Source: Opitutales bacterium
GTDB taxonomy: Bacteria; Verrucomicrobiota; Verrucomicrobiia; Opitutales; JABSRG01
NCBI GenBank assembly: GCA_028280845.1
Contig: JANQKZ010000032.1
Coordinates: 5,390-69,389, forward strand
Direction of reading: 5' to 3'
DNA: 64,000 bases
This document shows, in pieces, positions 55,610-64,000 of the stretch (position 1 is the stretch's first letter; each line of letters opens with the position of its first letter). The position numbers were made by a program, and so were the translations under genes. The notes below the pieces were generated by a model, which was not told the origin of the DNA, did not search any database, and saw only the letters and a list, made by a program, of their open reading frames with translations.

Positions 55610-56092
55610 CTATTCCTGGATGACCAGGTAATAGTCAGTAGAGCCAACCTTTCGCAAATTACCAGTGCTCAACGAACCATCATCCTGCTTTTCATCCATG
55701 AGGGTGATCTGGTTGTCGTCCACCGTGTAATTCGTGACGCCCACCCCGAAAAAAGCGCCGCTATTTGTAGAAAACAAATACTGCCCGCCAATCGGAGGGG
55801 TCGTTGTAAAGTCCGTCAACTTGATGTACTCCTGCATCTGGGCACTGAGCGTGGCGGCTCCAGGATCCCCAAAATCACCATCCGTAAAAGGATCGGCCCC
55901 AAACTCCAGCATATAGGTATCTGCCGCGGCGGCAAAGACCCGAAAATCCTGGTAGAGCCTGGCATTTTGCGATCCCATTCTCACCTGCTGGAAGGCCGGC
56001 AGTCCGAGCGATGCCAGGATCCCGATAATCACCACAACGATCATAATTTCAACGAGTGTGAAACCGGTATTAGTCTTTAGTGGCTGTGCCAT
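55610..56092 (-). CDS. Prepilin-type N-terminal cleavage/methylation domain protein (paralog of 54906-55415)
   Basis: [26 protein letters not shown]. Similarity to the neighbouring gene is high along the whole length. Confidence 0.85.
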   Translation of the reverse strand: MAQPLKTNTGFTLVEIMIVVVIIGILASLGLPAFQQVRMGSQNARLYQDFRVFAAAADTYMLEFGADPFTDGDFGDPGAATLSAQMQEYIKLTDFTTTPPIGGQYLFSTNSGAFFGVGVTNYTVDDNQITLMDEKQDDGSLSTGNLRKVGSTDYYLVIQE

Positions 56093-56292
56093 GCCGGGCG
56101 AGTGAGGGAGAATCAACTATTTTGCGAGAGAGAGCCTTTTATCTAGGATACCGCTCCCCACGAAGACAACGCAAAAATAGGGTAAAGACCCGATGCAATG
56201 TGCGCCACACCTTTAGTGAATATCGGGATTGCGTTATCATCAAAAAGCCGCAGAGAAGTTGCAATCCCACGACGATCACCCGTAATGGCTGG

Positions 56293-58311
56293 ATGGCAAA
56301 TCGACTGGCATCTGAATCCAGCTTATATCTCCAACAGCACGCAGGGAATCCGGTGAATTGGTATCCGTGGGGACCCGAAGCCATGGAGGCGGCAAAATCC
56401 GAGAACAAACCGCTTCTGGTCTCCATAGGATATAGTGCCTGCCATTGGTGCCACGTCATGGCACACGAATCGTTTGAGGACAGCTACATCGCAGGCCTGA
56501 TGAACGACCACTTTATCAATGTCAAAGTGGATCGCGAAGAGCGGCCGGATGTGGACCAGGTCTACATGGAAGCCGTCCAAATGATTTCTCAGCATGGGGG
56601 TTGGCCCCTTCATGTGTTCTGTCTGCCGGATGGCCGCCCGTTCTTTGGTGGCACTTATTTCCCCCCGATCGACCGCGGCCAGGGGATCATCCCGTGGCCT
56701 CAATTGCTGCTCCGCGTGGCGGATCACTTTCAAAACCATCGGCAGGAGCTCGAGGAAAATGCGGACTCTATCGTAAAAAACATGACCCATGCTAACCAGG
56801 CCATTGCCGAGGATGGGGCAGATCTTGGCTGGCAACCCGTCCTTCTCATTCAGGCGGCAATCAGTATCTGCGAGACCCATGATGATACGTTTGGAGGTTT
56901 CGGGGGAGCCCCCAAGTTTCCTCCTGCTATGGCCCTGGACTTTCTCCTCGCCATCCGGTCCACTCAGGCCAGTGAACAAGCCAATGGTTTAGACCGGCGA
57001 ATTGACTCCGTTGTCCCCAAAACCCTGATCTCTATGGCAACGGGGGGGCTCTATGATCAGATCGGCCACGGATTTGCTCGCTATAGCGTGGATGAGCGTT
57101 GGGAAATTCCGCACTTCGAGAAAATGCTCTACGATAACGGGCTCCTCATTTCCGTCTACCTCAAGGCCTACCAACGCTATCGCCTGCCGCTCTTTCGGCA
57201 GATCGTCGAAGAAACCATAAACTGGCTAAACCGGGAGATGCGATCACCTGATGGCCCCTTCTTCGCCTCACAGGACGCCGACAGCGAGGGAGTAGAGGGC
57301 AAGTATTATGTCTGGACACCTGACCAGGTGCGGGAAGCGCTGGCTGCTTTCCCCGAAGACCAGGTGAGTACCTTTCTGGACATCCACGCTATAACCGATA
57401 AGGGCAACTTTGAAGACGGGTTATCTCACCCACAGTTTGACCCCGATCGACTTGAACACCGCGAAACTTACACCGATCTACGACATGCGCTATACAAGGT
57501 TCGCCGCGAACGGGTACGACCAGGCACAGATAGGAAACATCCGGTGGGCTGGAACAGCTTGGTCATTTCCGCCCTGGCCGAAGCAGGCTTTTACTGGAAC
57601 CGTACCGATTGGTTTGACCATGCCCGGCAGGCCGCTGACTGGATCTGGGCCCGGAGCCAGGACAAGCCCTTTGAGCTGACCTCCGTCTACTATGAGCAGG
57701 GCATTGCCAAATCGGAAGGCTTCCTTACCGATTACGCGTATCACCTGGAAGCCCTCCTTGCCCTGGCGTCAAAGGCAGACTGGAGGGAAGTCGGGCTGGG
57801 TGACCACTATCTCAAACGAGCTATCCAGGTAGCAGGTCGAATGATCGAAAAGTTCAAGGATCCCCATATGGCCGGGTACTATTTTTCCAGCGAAACGGCA
57901 GATACACCCGCAGCTCGAAAAAAGGACTGGTTCGACAACGCGGTGCCCGCCGGAAACTCTTCCATCCTTCACGGGTTTTCCCAACTCTATGCCATTACCG
58001 GTGATCCAAAATACCGGCAAGAGGTCGCCACCCTGCAGCCCGCCTACCCCGTTTACGCGGCCCGGATTCCTTCTGGAGTGAGCTACGGGCTAAGCGCATT
58101 GACCCAGGACGTCATGGGGATGGCCACCATCAAGGTCAAAGGGCCCGCTAACCTCGACGCTCTCCAGGACGCCCTCAGCCAAAAACGGTGGCGCAAAACC
58201 TTCATCCAGTTTGCCACCAACGCCGACCAACCTGAAGGCTATCAACTCTGTGTCGGCACCCAATGCCTCGAACCCGTAGCCGACCCCATGCAGCTACTGG
58301 AGTTGATTTAA
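56293..58311 (+). CDS. Thioredoxin-domain protein of the DUF255/YyaL family (N-acylglucosamine-2-epimerase-like C-domain)
   Basis: Taken from the Met at 56293: [52 protein letters not shown]. Confidence 0.9.
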   Translation: MANRLASESSLYLQQHAGNPVNWYPWGPEAMEAAKSENKPLLVSIGYSACHWCHVMAHESFEDSYIAGLMNDHFINVKVDREERPDVDQVYMEAVQMISQHGGWPLHVFCLPDGRPFFGGTYFPPIDRGQGIIPWPQLLLRVADHFQNHRQELEENADSIVKNMTHANQAIAEDGADLGWQPVLLIQAAISICETHDDTFGGFGGAPKFPPAMALDFLLAIRSTQASEQANGLDRRIDSVVPKTLISMATGGLYDQIGHGFARYSVDERWEIPHFEKMLYDNGLLISVYLKAYQRYRLPLFRQIVEETINWLNREMRSPDGPFFASQDADSEGVEGKYYVWTPDQVREALAAFPEDQVSTFLDIHAITDKGNFEDGLSHPQFDPDRLEHRETYTDLRHALYKVRRERVRPGTDRKHPVGWNSLVISALAEAGFYWNRTDWFDHARQAADWIWARSQDKPFELTSVYYEQGIAKSEGFLTDYAYHLEALLALASKADWREVGLGDHYLKRAIQVAGRMIEKFKDPHMAGYYFSSETADTPAARKKDWFDNAVPAGNSSILHGFSQLYAITGDPKYRQEVATLQPAYPVYAARIPSGVSYGLSALTQDVMGMATIKVKGPANLDALQDALSQKRWRKTFIQFATNADQPEGYQLCVGTQCLEPVADPMQLLELI

Positions 58312-58497
58312 AGCCCGTCACGGTAGGGGCTTCGCTCGTCACAAACCCTGAGCCTCCCGGTCTGAGCCAGTCGAACGAAGTCAAAGGGCGGAGGCCCATT
58401 CTAATCTCAAAGCCTTCGGAGTTCGATTCGATCCCGGACGTAGCAAGGCTGTACCCGCTATGGGATTAAATCTACGCGCCCTTCTGTTAAAGACTCC

Positions 58498-59208
58498 TCA
58501 CAACAACCGCCCCCAATACTGATCAAACACCGCCGCCAAGTCCCCCGGCATGGCTCCAGGTTGAAGGTAGGCATACATCAGGCGGATGGCTCGGATGTCG
58601 AGGGAAGATAAGCGGTTGGGAGGCTCCCCTCCGATTCCCCCGGGAGGGATTTCAAAGAAGATGCTTTGAATAGGCAGAGAGGTTTCCCCCCCGAGCCCGA
58701 TCGATGCCAATGTGAGCTTTAGGGCCTGGCGCTGCATCGCTTCATCACTCTGCGCCAGCCGAGAATCGATAAAAATAAAGACCCGCTGCAGCGTCCCGCT
58801 TTCATCATAAACGGGGTGCACCATGTTCAATCGGGCAAATTTAGCCGGGAGCTCATTCTCCATCAGGACCCTCGGAAGATCCGAAAATTTGAGATAGCGC
58901 ACGGTGATATCAGCCGTGTCCACATCGGGCCCCAACCGTCGGATCCGGAATCCCACCGGGCGTAAGGGACGCTCCAATTGACTAAGAGCCGTGTCAAAAG
59001 CCAGGTTTTGGCGGTCATTTCCCTCCACCACGGAGAAAGTGGGCTGCCGATCCCACCGCAAAGCAGTTTGACCGTTGTTGATCAATTTCTTCCGAAAGAT
59101 TATCTCTTCTACAAAGCCCAATTCCTCATCCTCCGTTAAGGCATGGGCTTGTGGCATAGCAAAGGTGAAGCCCAGCAGCAAGGCTGGTGCCACATAGGCC
59201 CAAGGCAT
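58498..59208 (-). CDS. Secreted hypothetical protein
   Basis: Signal peptide MPWAYVAPALLLGFTFAMPQAHA. No family recognised. Confidence 0.55.
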   Translation of the reverse strand: MPWAYVAPALLLGFTFAMPQAHALTEDEELGFVEEIIFRKKLINNGQTALRWDRQPTFSVVEGNDRQNLAFDTALSQLERPLRPVGFRIRRLGPDVDTADITVRYLKFSDLPRVLMENELPAKFARLNMVHPVYDESGTLQRVFIFIDSRLAQSDEAMQRQALKLTLASIGLGGETSLPIQSIFFEIPPGGIGGEPPNRLSSLDIRAIRLMYAYLQPGAMPGDLAAVFDQYWGRLL

Positions 59209-59443
59209 CCGCACCCCAATCTTGGATAAATTAGAGAGCGTTAACGCTGGGCCAGTTAAGTTTCTGAAAGTTTTTGACCTCAATCAGTAATCAGATCGAC
59301 CATGATCTTCTAAGGTGAATACCCGAGTAAGTTAATAAAAAGTAAAACATTCCCCCGACCAACCTCCAAGCGAAGAAACAAACCGGTAAGCAAATTGATG
59401 CAAACAAATTGCTTAATTTCGTTAGGAATTTAACAAAACTACC

Positions 59444-60859
59444 TCACATTCCCAAGGAGCGCCTCCAGTGATTAAGCTCCTTTTTGACAGGGCGAAAGCC
59501 TGCCATACCCGTGCCTTGGCGTTCTGCCATGGCACGAGTCACTTCAAAAACCTTCCGCCAATCCGGGTTTATCATGGCCGGATGAACCGCAGCCACCGCC
59601 GCATCCTCCAGGTCCGGAATAAAACACCCCTGATCCTCGGCTAAACCGACAAGGGTTCCAACAACATGGTGGGCCTCACGAAATGGAACACCTTCCATTA
59701 CTAGCCAATCCGCCAAGTCGGTCGCCAACAGGTGGGGATCCCCCACGGCTTTCGCGCAGGCGACTGCATTGATTCCGATACCGGGGATCATCTCACTCAA
59801 TACAGCAAGACAAAGTTCCAGTTGATCACAGCTGTCAAAGACCGGCGGTTTATCCTCCTGCAGGTCTCGGTTATAGGTCAACGGAAGGCCCTTTACCATG
59901 ACTTCAAGGGCGTGATGATTGCCAATGACCCGTCCACTCTTCCCCCGAATCAACTCCAGAGCATCCGGGTTTTTCTTTTGAGGCATCAGGGAAGAACCTG
60001 TAGTAAAGGTGTCTGGAAGGGTGATAAACTCGAACTCCCTGCTACACCAAAGAATCAAATCTTCTGCAAACCGCGAAAGGTGCAAGGCAAGCATCGAGCT
60101 GGCTCCAGTAAATCCGAGATAAAGGTCCCGGTCCGCCACCGTATCCATGGAATTTCGCGTTACCCGAGGCCGTCCCCGGGAATCTACAAAGCCTAACAAC
60201 TCCGCTACCCGCTCCCGATTCAGCGGAAGGGTACTCCCACCCAGAGCCCCCGCCCCAAGTGGGCACACATTCGCCTGATCCGCGATTGCCTGAAACCGAC
60301 TCTTATCCCGCTCCAGCATCTCAACATAAGCCAGGAGATGGTGAGCAATGGGAACGGGCTGAGCCCGTTGTAAATGGGTATAACCGGGGATCACGCATTT
60401 CATATCCTGACCGGTTTGGGCCAGCTCTACCAGGGCACTTTGCACATCGATCAGTGCATTGGTCAGAGAAGCACAGGCACGCTTGAAGAACAATCGCATG
60501 TCGGTCGCCACCTGATCATTTCGACTCCGACCGGTGTGAAGCTTGGCGGCGGCGGGAGCCAGGGCCGTTAAGGCCAGTTCAATGTTCATATGGACATCTT
60601 CCAATTCAGGCTTCCAATCAAACTCACCTTTTGTGATCGCCGACTCCACCTGCTTCAATCCGCGCAAAATCTCTTTCAACTCTCCGGCTTTCAACAGGCC
60701 CACTTCCTTCAACATCTTGGCATGTGCCCGGCTGCCCTCGATATCGTACAAGGCCAGTCGCGAATCGAAAGACACCGATTCACTGAAAGTTGCCATCAGG
60801 GCAGAGGGTCCCTCTTTAAAACGACCGCCCCAGGTGGCCTGCTTTTGTTGCTTTGCCAT
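59444..60859 (-). CDS. argH: Argininosuccinate lyase
   Basis: WGGRF...HTGRSRNDQVATD...GYTHLQRAQP...the signature GSSLMPQKKNPD. Confidence 0.95.
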   Translation of the reverse strand: MAKQQKQATWGGRFKEGPSALMATFSESVSFDSRLALYDIEGSRAHAKMLKEVGLLKAGELKEILRGLKQVESAITKGEFDWKPELEDVHMNIELALTALAPAAAKLHTGRSRNDQVATDMRLFFKRACASLTNALIDVQSALVELAQTGQDMKCVIPGYTHLQRAQPVPIAHHLLAYVEMLERDKSRFQAIADQANVCPLGAGALGGSTLPLNRERVAELLGFVDSRGRPRVTRNSMDTVADRDLYLGFTGASSMLALHLSRFAEDLILWCSREFEFITLPDTFTTGSSLMPQKKNPDALELIRGKSGRVIGNHHALEVMVKGLPLTYNRDLQEDKPPVFDSCDQLELCLAVLSEMIPGIGINAVACAKAVGDPHLLATDLADWLVMEGVPFREAHHVVGTLVGLAEDQGCFIPDLEDAAVAAVHPAMINPDWRKVFEVTRAMAERQGTGMAGFRPVKKELNHWRRSLGM

Positions 60860-60939
60860 AAACGGGATGTTGTGAAGGCTTGGCCCTCGAGGGCAACGGT
60901 TTTTATCCGCTACACTCTGCTGAACCGGTACCGGCTCGT

Positions 60940-61434
60940 TTACTCCGCAGAGGTGGAACCCAGCTCCCGGCTCACATTCTCAATAAGATCGGCGAAAACG
61001 GAAAAGTTCAATTTCAGGTTTTCCATGGTCTGCCCATGGTCGAGAATCAGGTAGCGGGATACCCCCAGTTGGCCATCCCGGCCGATCCATACCGACACCG
61101 GAGCCATGTTGACATTTAACCGGTTGACCAGTTCCAGGTCGACCCTCCCCTCGACCCGGAAAAGGGCGAGCAACTGCATTCCCTTGCAGGGGCTAGGATC
61201 ACAGGCCGTCCCATAGGCAAAATACTGGACTCCTCCTGGGGATGACATCTGGATGTAGGGAACATCGCTGTCATTAAACCCACTTTCTTTGAGCTCGTGG
61301 CCCACCCCCTCCGACAGTTGTAGCAGCAGCTCCAAATCCACGGATCGAACCAGCGGGGAGAGTTCCTCTGTCTCCCCCTGTAACACCAGGCAAGTAAGGA
61401 GGAAGAGTATACTTACCGAAGATTTCCACTGCAT
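60940..61434 (-). CDS. Secreted hypothetical protein (YbjN-like, tentative)
   Basis: 164 aa with a signal peptide. The family call is weak. Confidence 0.5.
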   Translation of the reverse strand: MQWKSSVSILFLLTCLVLQGETEELSPLVRSVDLELLLQLSEGVGHELKESGFNDSDVPYIQMSSPGGVQYFAYGTACDPSPCKGMQLLALFRVEGRVDLELVNRLNVNMAPVSVWIGRDGQLGVSRYLILDHGQTMENLKLNFSVFADLIENVSRELGSTSAE

Positions 61435-61617
61435 AGCCCGATGCTACGGATGGGCCTGCGGTTCGAACAAGCAGTTTATTCAGCTCATTTTAGATTTGTT
61501 ATTCTCCAACCGGGCAGTAGACTGGTTCTTGCCTGTTGACCGATCAAAGACCTACCCCAGACCCCCACGAAATTAAGTCCGGCGACCAAGTTTGGATTCA
61601 CTCTGTTTGGTGCCCTG

Positions 61618-62100
61618 TTGGTGACTTGCCTAGCCCTCCTTAGCGGGATGGGAAGTTATACCTTTTTCTACGGGGAAGGCCTCTCCTATTTCAGCAAGGA
61701 TCCGGCAGCCTGCAAAAACTGCCACATCATGAATCCACAATTTGATTCCTGGCAGAAGGCGAGTCATCACACTGTAGCCACCTGTGTGGATTGTCACCTC
61801 CCTCACGATTTCCTCGGGAAGTTCTATGCCAAGGCCGAAAACGGCTACCTCCACTCCAAGGGGTTTACCTTCCAGGACTTTCCCGAGCCCATTTTCATTC
61901 GGGAATCCGGGAAAAAGATCCTTCAGGATAATTGTCTGTTTTGCCACGGAGATCTGGTCCACGGCATGTCGAACGCGATCATCCCCGAGATGGAAACGCT
62001 CTCCTGCATCCATTGCCACCGGTCCGTTGGTCACGGAGAACCCGTGGGCATGGGAAAATACGAACCCGTTCCCCCTAACCTTTTAGCTGATACCCCATGA
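61618..62100 (+). CDS. nrfH: Tetraheme cytochrome c NrfH (NapC/NirT family)
   Basis: An N-terminal TM helix and four CxxCH motifs (CKNCH, CVDCH, CLFCH, CIHCH). The start is TTG or GTG, and no upstream in-frame ATG exists before the stop at 61537. Confidence 0.9.
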   Translation: MVTCLALLSGMGSYTFFYGEGLSYFSKDPAACKNCHIMNPQFDSWQKASHHTVATCVDCHLPHDFLGKFYAKAENGYLHSKGFTFQDFPEPIFIRESGKKILQDNCLFCHGDLVHGMSNAIIPEMETLSCIHCHRSVGHGEPVGMGKYEPVPPNLLADTP

Positions 62101-63506
62101 AACCACCAAAACCCTTCGTCATCTATTCCTTGTTGTTTGTCTTCTTTGCCAGCTGCGGCGCCCTGATAATCGCCCTTGCCTTGAATATTGCTGAACGCAA
62201 AAGCGAGGCCCAGAATCGCTACATCCGCCTGGTCGAAGTAACCGAAGACGATACCGATCCCGAAAAGTGGGGCATCAATTGGCCCAAGCAGTACGACAGC
62301 TACCTCCTTACCGCCGAATCCACCCGCACCCGCTTCGGGGGCCACGGCGGAAGTGAAGCCCTACCCGAACAAAAAATCGAGCGGGATCCATGGTTGAGGC
62401 GGATGTTTCTCGGGTACGCCTTTTCCATCGATTACCGCGACCGCCGCGGCCATGCCTATATGTTGGAAGATCAGGAAAACACCGAGAGACTCTCCAAGCC
62501 GCAGACCGGCTCGTGCCTTCACTGCCACGCCTCGGTCATGCCGCTTTACCGAAAATTGGGTGATGGGGATGCAATGGCCGGGTTTAAAGCAACGCACAAG
62601 TTATCCTATAACGAGATGAACGATATGCTCCATGAGATGGGCCATGCGCACCCGGTTTCCTGTGTAGACTGTCACGACCCCGACTCCATGAAACTCAGGG
62701 TCACCCGACCGGGATTTATTGATGCGATACAGATGCTCGCAGAATCAGAGGCTCCCCTCCCCCAAATGCCGTCCGTCGAGCGCTGGAGAAAATCGAATCG
62801 CAATGAGCCCTACGACCCCAATGTGTTGGCTTCTCGGTCCGAAATGCGTTCTTTCGTCTGCGGTCAATGCCATGTCGAATACTATTGCTCCAGTGCCATG
62901 CCCCTCGAATTTCCCTGGAGCAATGGCCTGAAGATGGAAGACCTGGAAAAACACTGGGATGAAACCGTATTTCCCTCCGGTGAGCGTTTCTTCGATTACA
63001 AACACAAGGAATCCGGAGCTCCAATTCTCAAGGCGCAACACCCCGAATTTGAATTATGGTCACAAGGGGTCCACTCCCGTGCCGGCGTTTCCTGCTCCGA
63101 TTGCCACATGCCTTACCAACGCGATGGCGCCACCAAGGTCTCCGATCACTGGGTCCGCAGCCCACTCCTGAATATCAACCGAGCTTGCCAGGTATGCCAC
63201 CACGTCGACGAGCGCGAGATTCTGGCACGAGCCGAGCGCATTCAAGAGCGCAACTTCGCTCTCCTTCAGCGAGGCGGAGCCGCCATTGTAGATTTACTGG
63301 ACGCCATCCAGGCAGCTAAAGCCCGCGGCGTCTCCACCCAGGACCTGGATTCAATTCTCGAACTTCAGCGCAAGGCGCAATGGCGCTTGGACTACATCGC
63401 CGCTGAAAACTCAATGGGCTTTCATGCACCGCAGGAGGCCGCCCGTATCTTGGGGGAGGCCATCGACTATGCCCGCCAGGGGCAGGCCGCTGCCAACGCA
63501 CTATAG
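62097..63506 (+). CDS. nrfA: Pentaheme cytochrome c nitrite reductase NrfA (all-CxxCH type)
   Basis: Five heme motifs: [24 protein letters not shown] and CQVCH. It overlaps the nrfH stop by 4 nt and has an N-terminal TM anchor. Confidence 0.9.
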   Translation: MKPPKPFVIYSLLFVFFASCGALIIALALNIAERKSEAQNRYIRLVEVTEDDTDPEKWGINWPKQYDSYLLTAESTRTRFGGHGGSEALPEQKIERDPWLRRMFLGYAFSIDYRDRRGHAYMLEDQENTERLSKPQTGSCLHCHASVMPLYRKLGDGDAMAGFKATHKLSYNEMNDMLHEMGHAHPVSCVDCHDPDSMKLRVTRPGFIDAIQMLAESEAPLPQMPSVERWRKSNRNEPYDPNVLASRSEMRSFVCGQCHVEYYCSSAMPLEFPWSNGLKMEDLEKHWDETVFPSGERFFDYKHKESGAPILKAQHPEFELWSQGVHSRAGVSCSDCHMPYQRDGATKVSDHWVRSPLLNINRACQVCHHVDEREILARAERIQERNFALLQRGGAAIVDLLDAIQAAKARGVSTQDLDSILELQRKAQWRLDYIAAENSMGFHAPQEAARILGEAIDYARQGQAAANAL

Positions 63507-63547
63507 TGTAATCTGCACCCGGATCACTGCTCAGGTGCAAGCAGAAC

Positions 63548-64000
63548 TCAATCTCGCCCATAGGGCGGACGATATACCCGGATCGCTTTCAAGGCGGGAA
63601 CCGCCCCATTGGCCGAAACCAGTTTCAGGTGATGCAGACTATTGGATATATTTGAAATCAGGACTTCACTGTATTCATACTCCGGATACTGAATTTTAGG
63701 AGGCAGATACACATCGGTGTGCAGGGGGATTACTTCCCACTGCACCTTCCACCCTTCCCCGGCAGAGGGGCCGTACTCAAGGCGTTCCGCAACCTCGCGG
63801 GCATAGGCAAAGTTCCAATCACCCGCTTCGATTACGAGGCGGCCACTCTGGGACACGAAACTCTCACTTCCCCGGCCGGAGCCGTCCGCGCCGGTTTCCG
63901 AGCCCACGACGAAAAATTCAAAATCACTGTGATCTTCATTAAAGTTGCTCAAAGTGGCCGTCCAGGTTTCCACGGTCGGGGTCGATTCCCACCGAGCAAA
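63548..64000 (-). CDS. Hypothetical protein, C-terminal part (5' end beyond the window)
   Basis: The frame stays open to position 64000 upstream of the track's Met at 63973. No family recognised. Confidence 0.5.
   Translation of the reverse strand, partial: FARWESTPTVETWTATLSNFNEDHSDFEFFVVGSETGADGSGRGSESFVSQSGRLVIEAGDWNFAYAREVAERLEYGPSAGEGWKVQWEVIPLHTDVYLPPKIQYPEYEYSEVLISNISNSLHHLKLVSANGAVPALKAIRVYRPPYGRD

Noticed and set aside
58420-58450. T-arm-like string GGAGTTCGATTCGATCCCGGA
   Set aside because: No complementary T-stem, acceptor or D arm can be built around it. It is probably part of a word-like intergenic repeat.
1-64000. CRISPR arrays, rRNA genes, intact IS elements, integrases, and known defence genes (restriction-modification, Cas, CBASS, retron reverse transcriptase)
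   Set aside because: No regularly spaced direct repeats of 24-40 nt and none of these gene types were seen on reading the sequence and the ORF translations.

Overview
This is a 64 kb bacterial chromosomal window of about 55-58% GC judged by eye. Gene content suggests a Verrucomicrobiota (Opitutae-like) genome: prepilin-type N-terminal methylation proteins, a PEP-CTERM protein, a sulfatase and a PadR + ADOP permease pair. That assignment is inference only. Most of the window is ordinary core or accessory metabolism.

Main gene groups:
- lemA with an M48 protease.
- A SulP transporter.
- A PadR/ADOP permease pair.
- A redox-stress cluster: trxB, a nitroreductase, msrB, and a TetR-SDR-YHS module.
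- An ECF sigma / putative anti-sigma / PDZ operon.
- A Fur-family gene leading sufC-sufB-sufD-sufT.
- An orphan clpP, rpiB, nhaC and a sulfatase.
- A long minus-strand housekeeping run: ribH-nusB-ftsY-aroB-(unknown)-pdxA-erpA-infC, followed by an amidase cluster.
- glgP, mutL, two tandem pseudopilin paralogs, a DUF255/thioredoxin protein, argH and nrfHA.

The most unusual stretch is an AT-rich islet of about 2.4 kb at roughly 22.7-25.1 kb. It contains:
- A translationally coupled pair of unknown function: a 322-aa wHTH-like multidomain protein and a 96-aa partner.
- A decayed third cistron.
- Nested palindromes at the operon start.
- A tRNA-like element with an irregular anticodon arm.
- A small RHH-like ORF.
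- A frameshifted, truncated IS1-like transposase remnant.

It is the best candidate here for an undescribed, possibly defence or addiction-type, module. Its function cannot be established from sequence alone.

Other observations worth a second look:
- A shared ACAGAC/GTCTGT operator at two promoters flanking the TetR gene.
- An NrfA with five CxxCH motifs and no CxxCK.
- A PEP-CTERM-anchored protein with a trypsin-type GDSGGP motif.
- A PD-(D/E)xK-like unknown embedded in the housekeeping operon.
- Short tandem or word-like repeats immediately upstream of several start codons.

No CRISPR array, rRNA or intact transposon was seen. Family names come from my reading of the translated ORFs, not from database searches.
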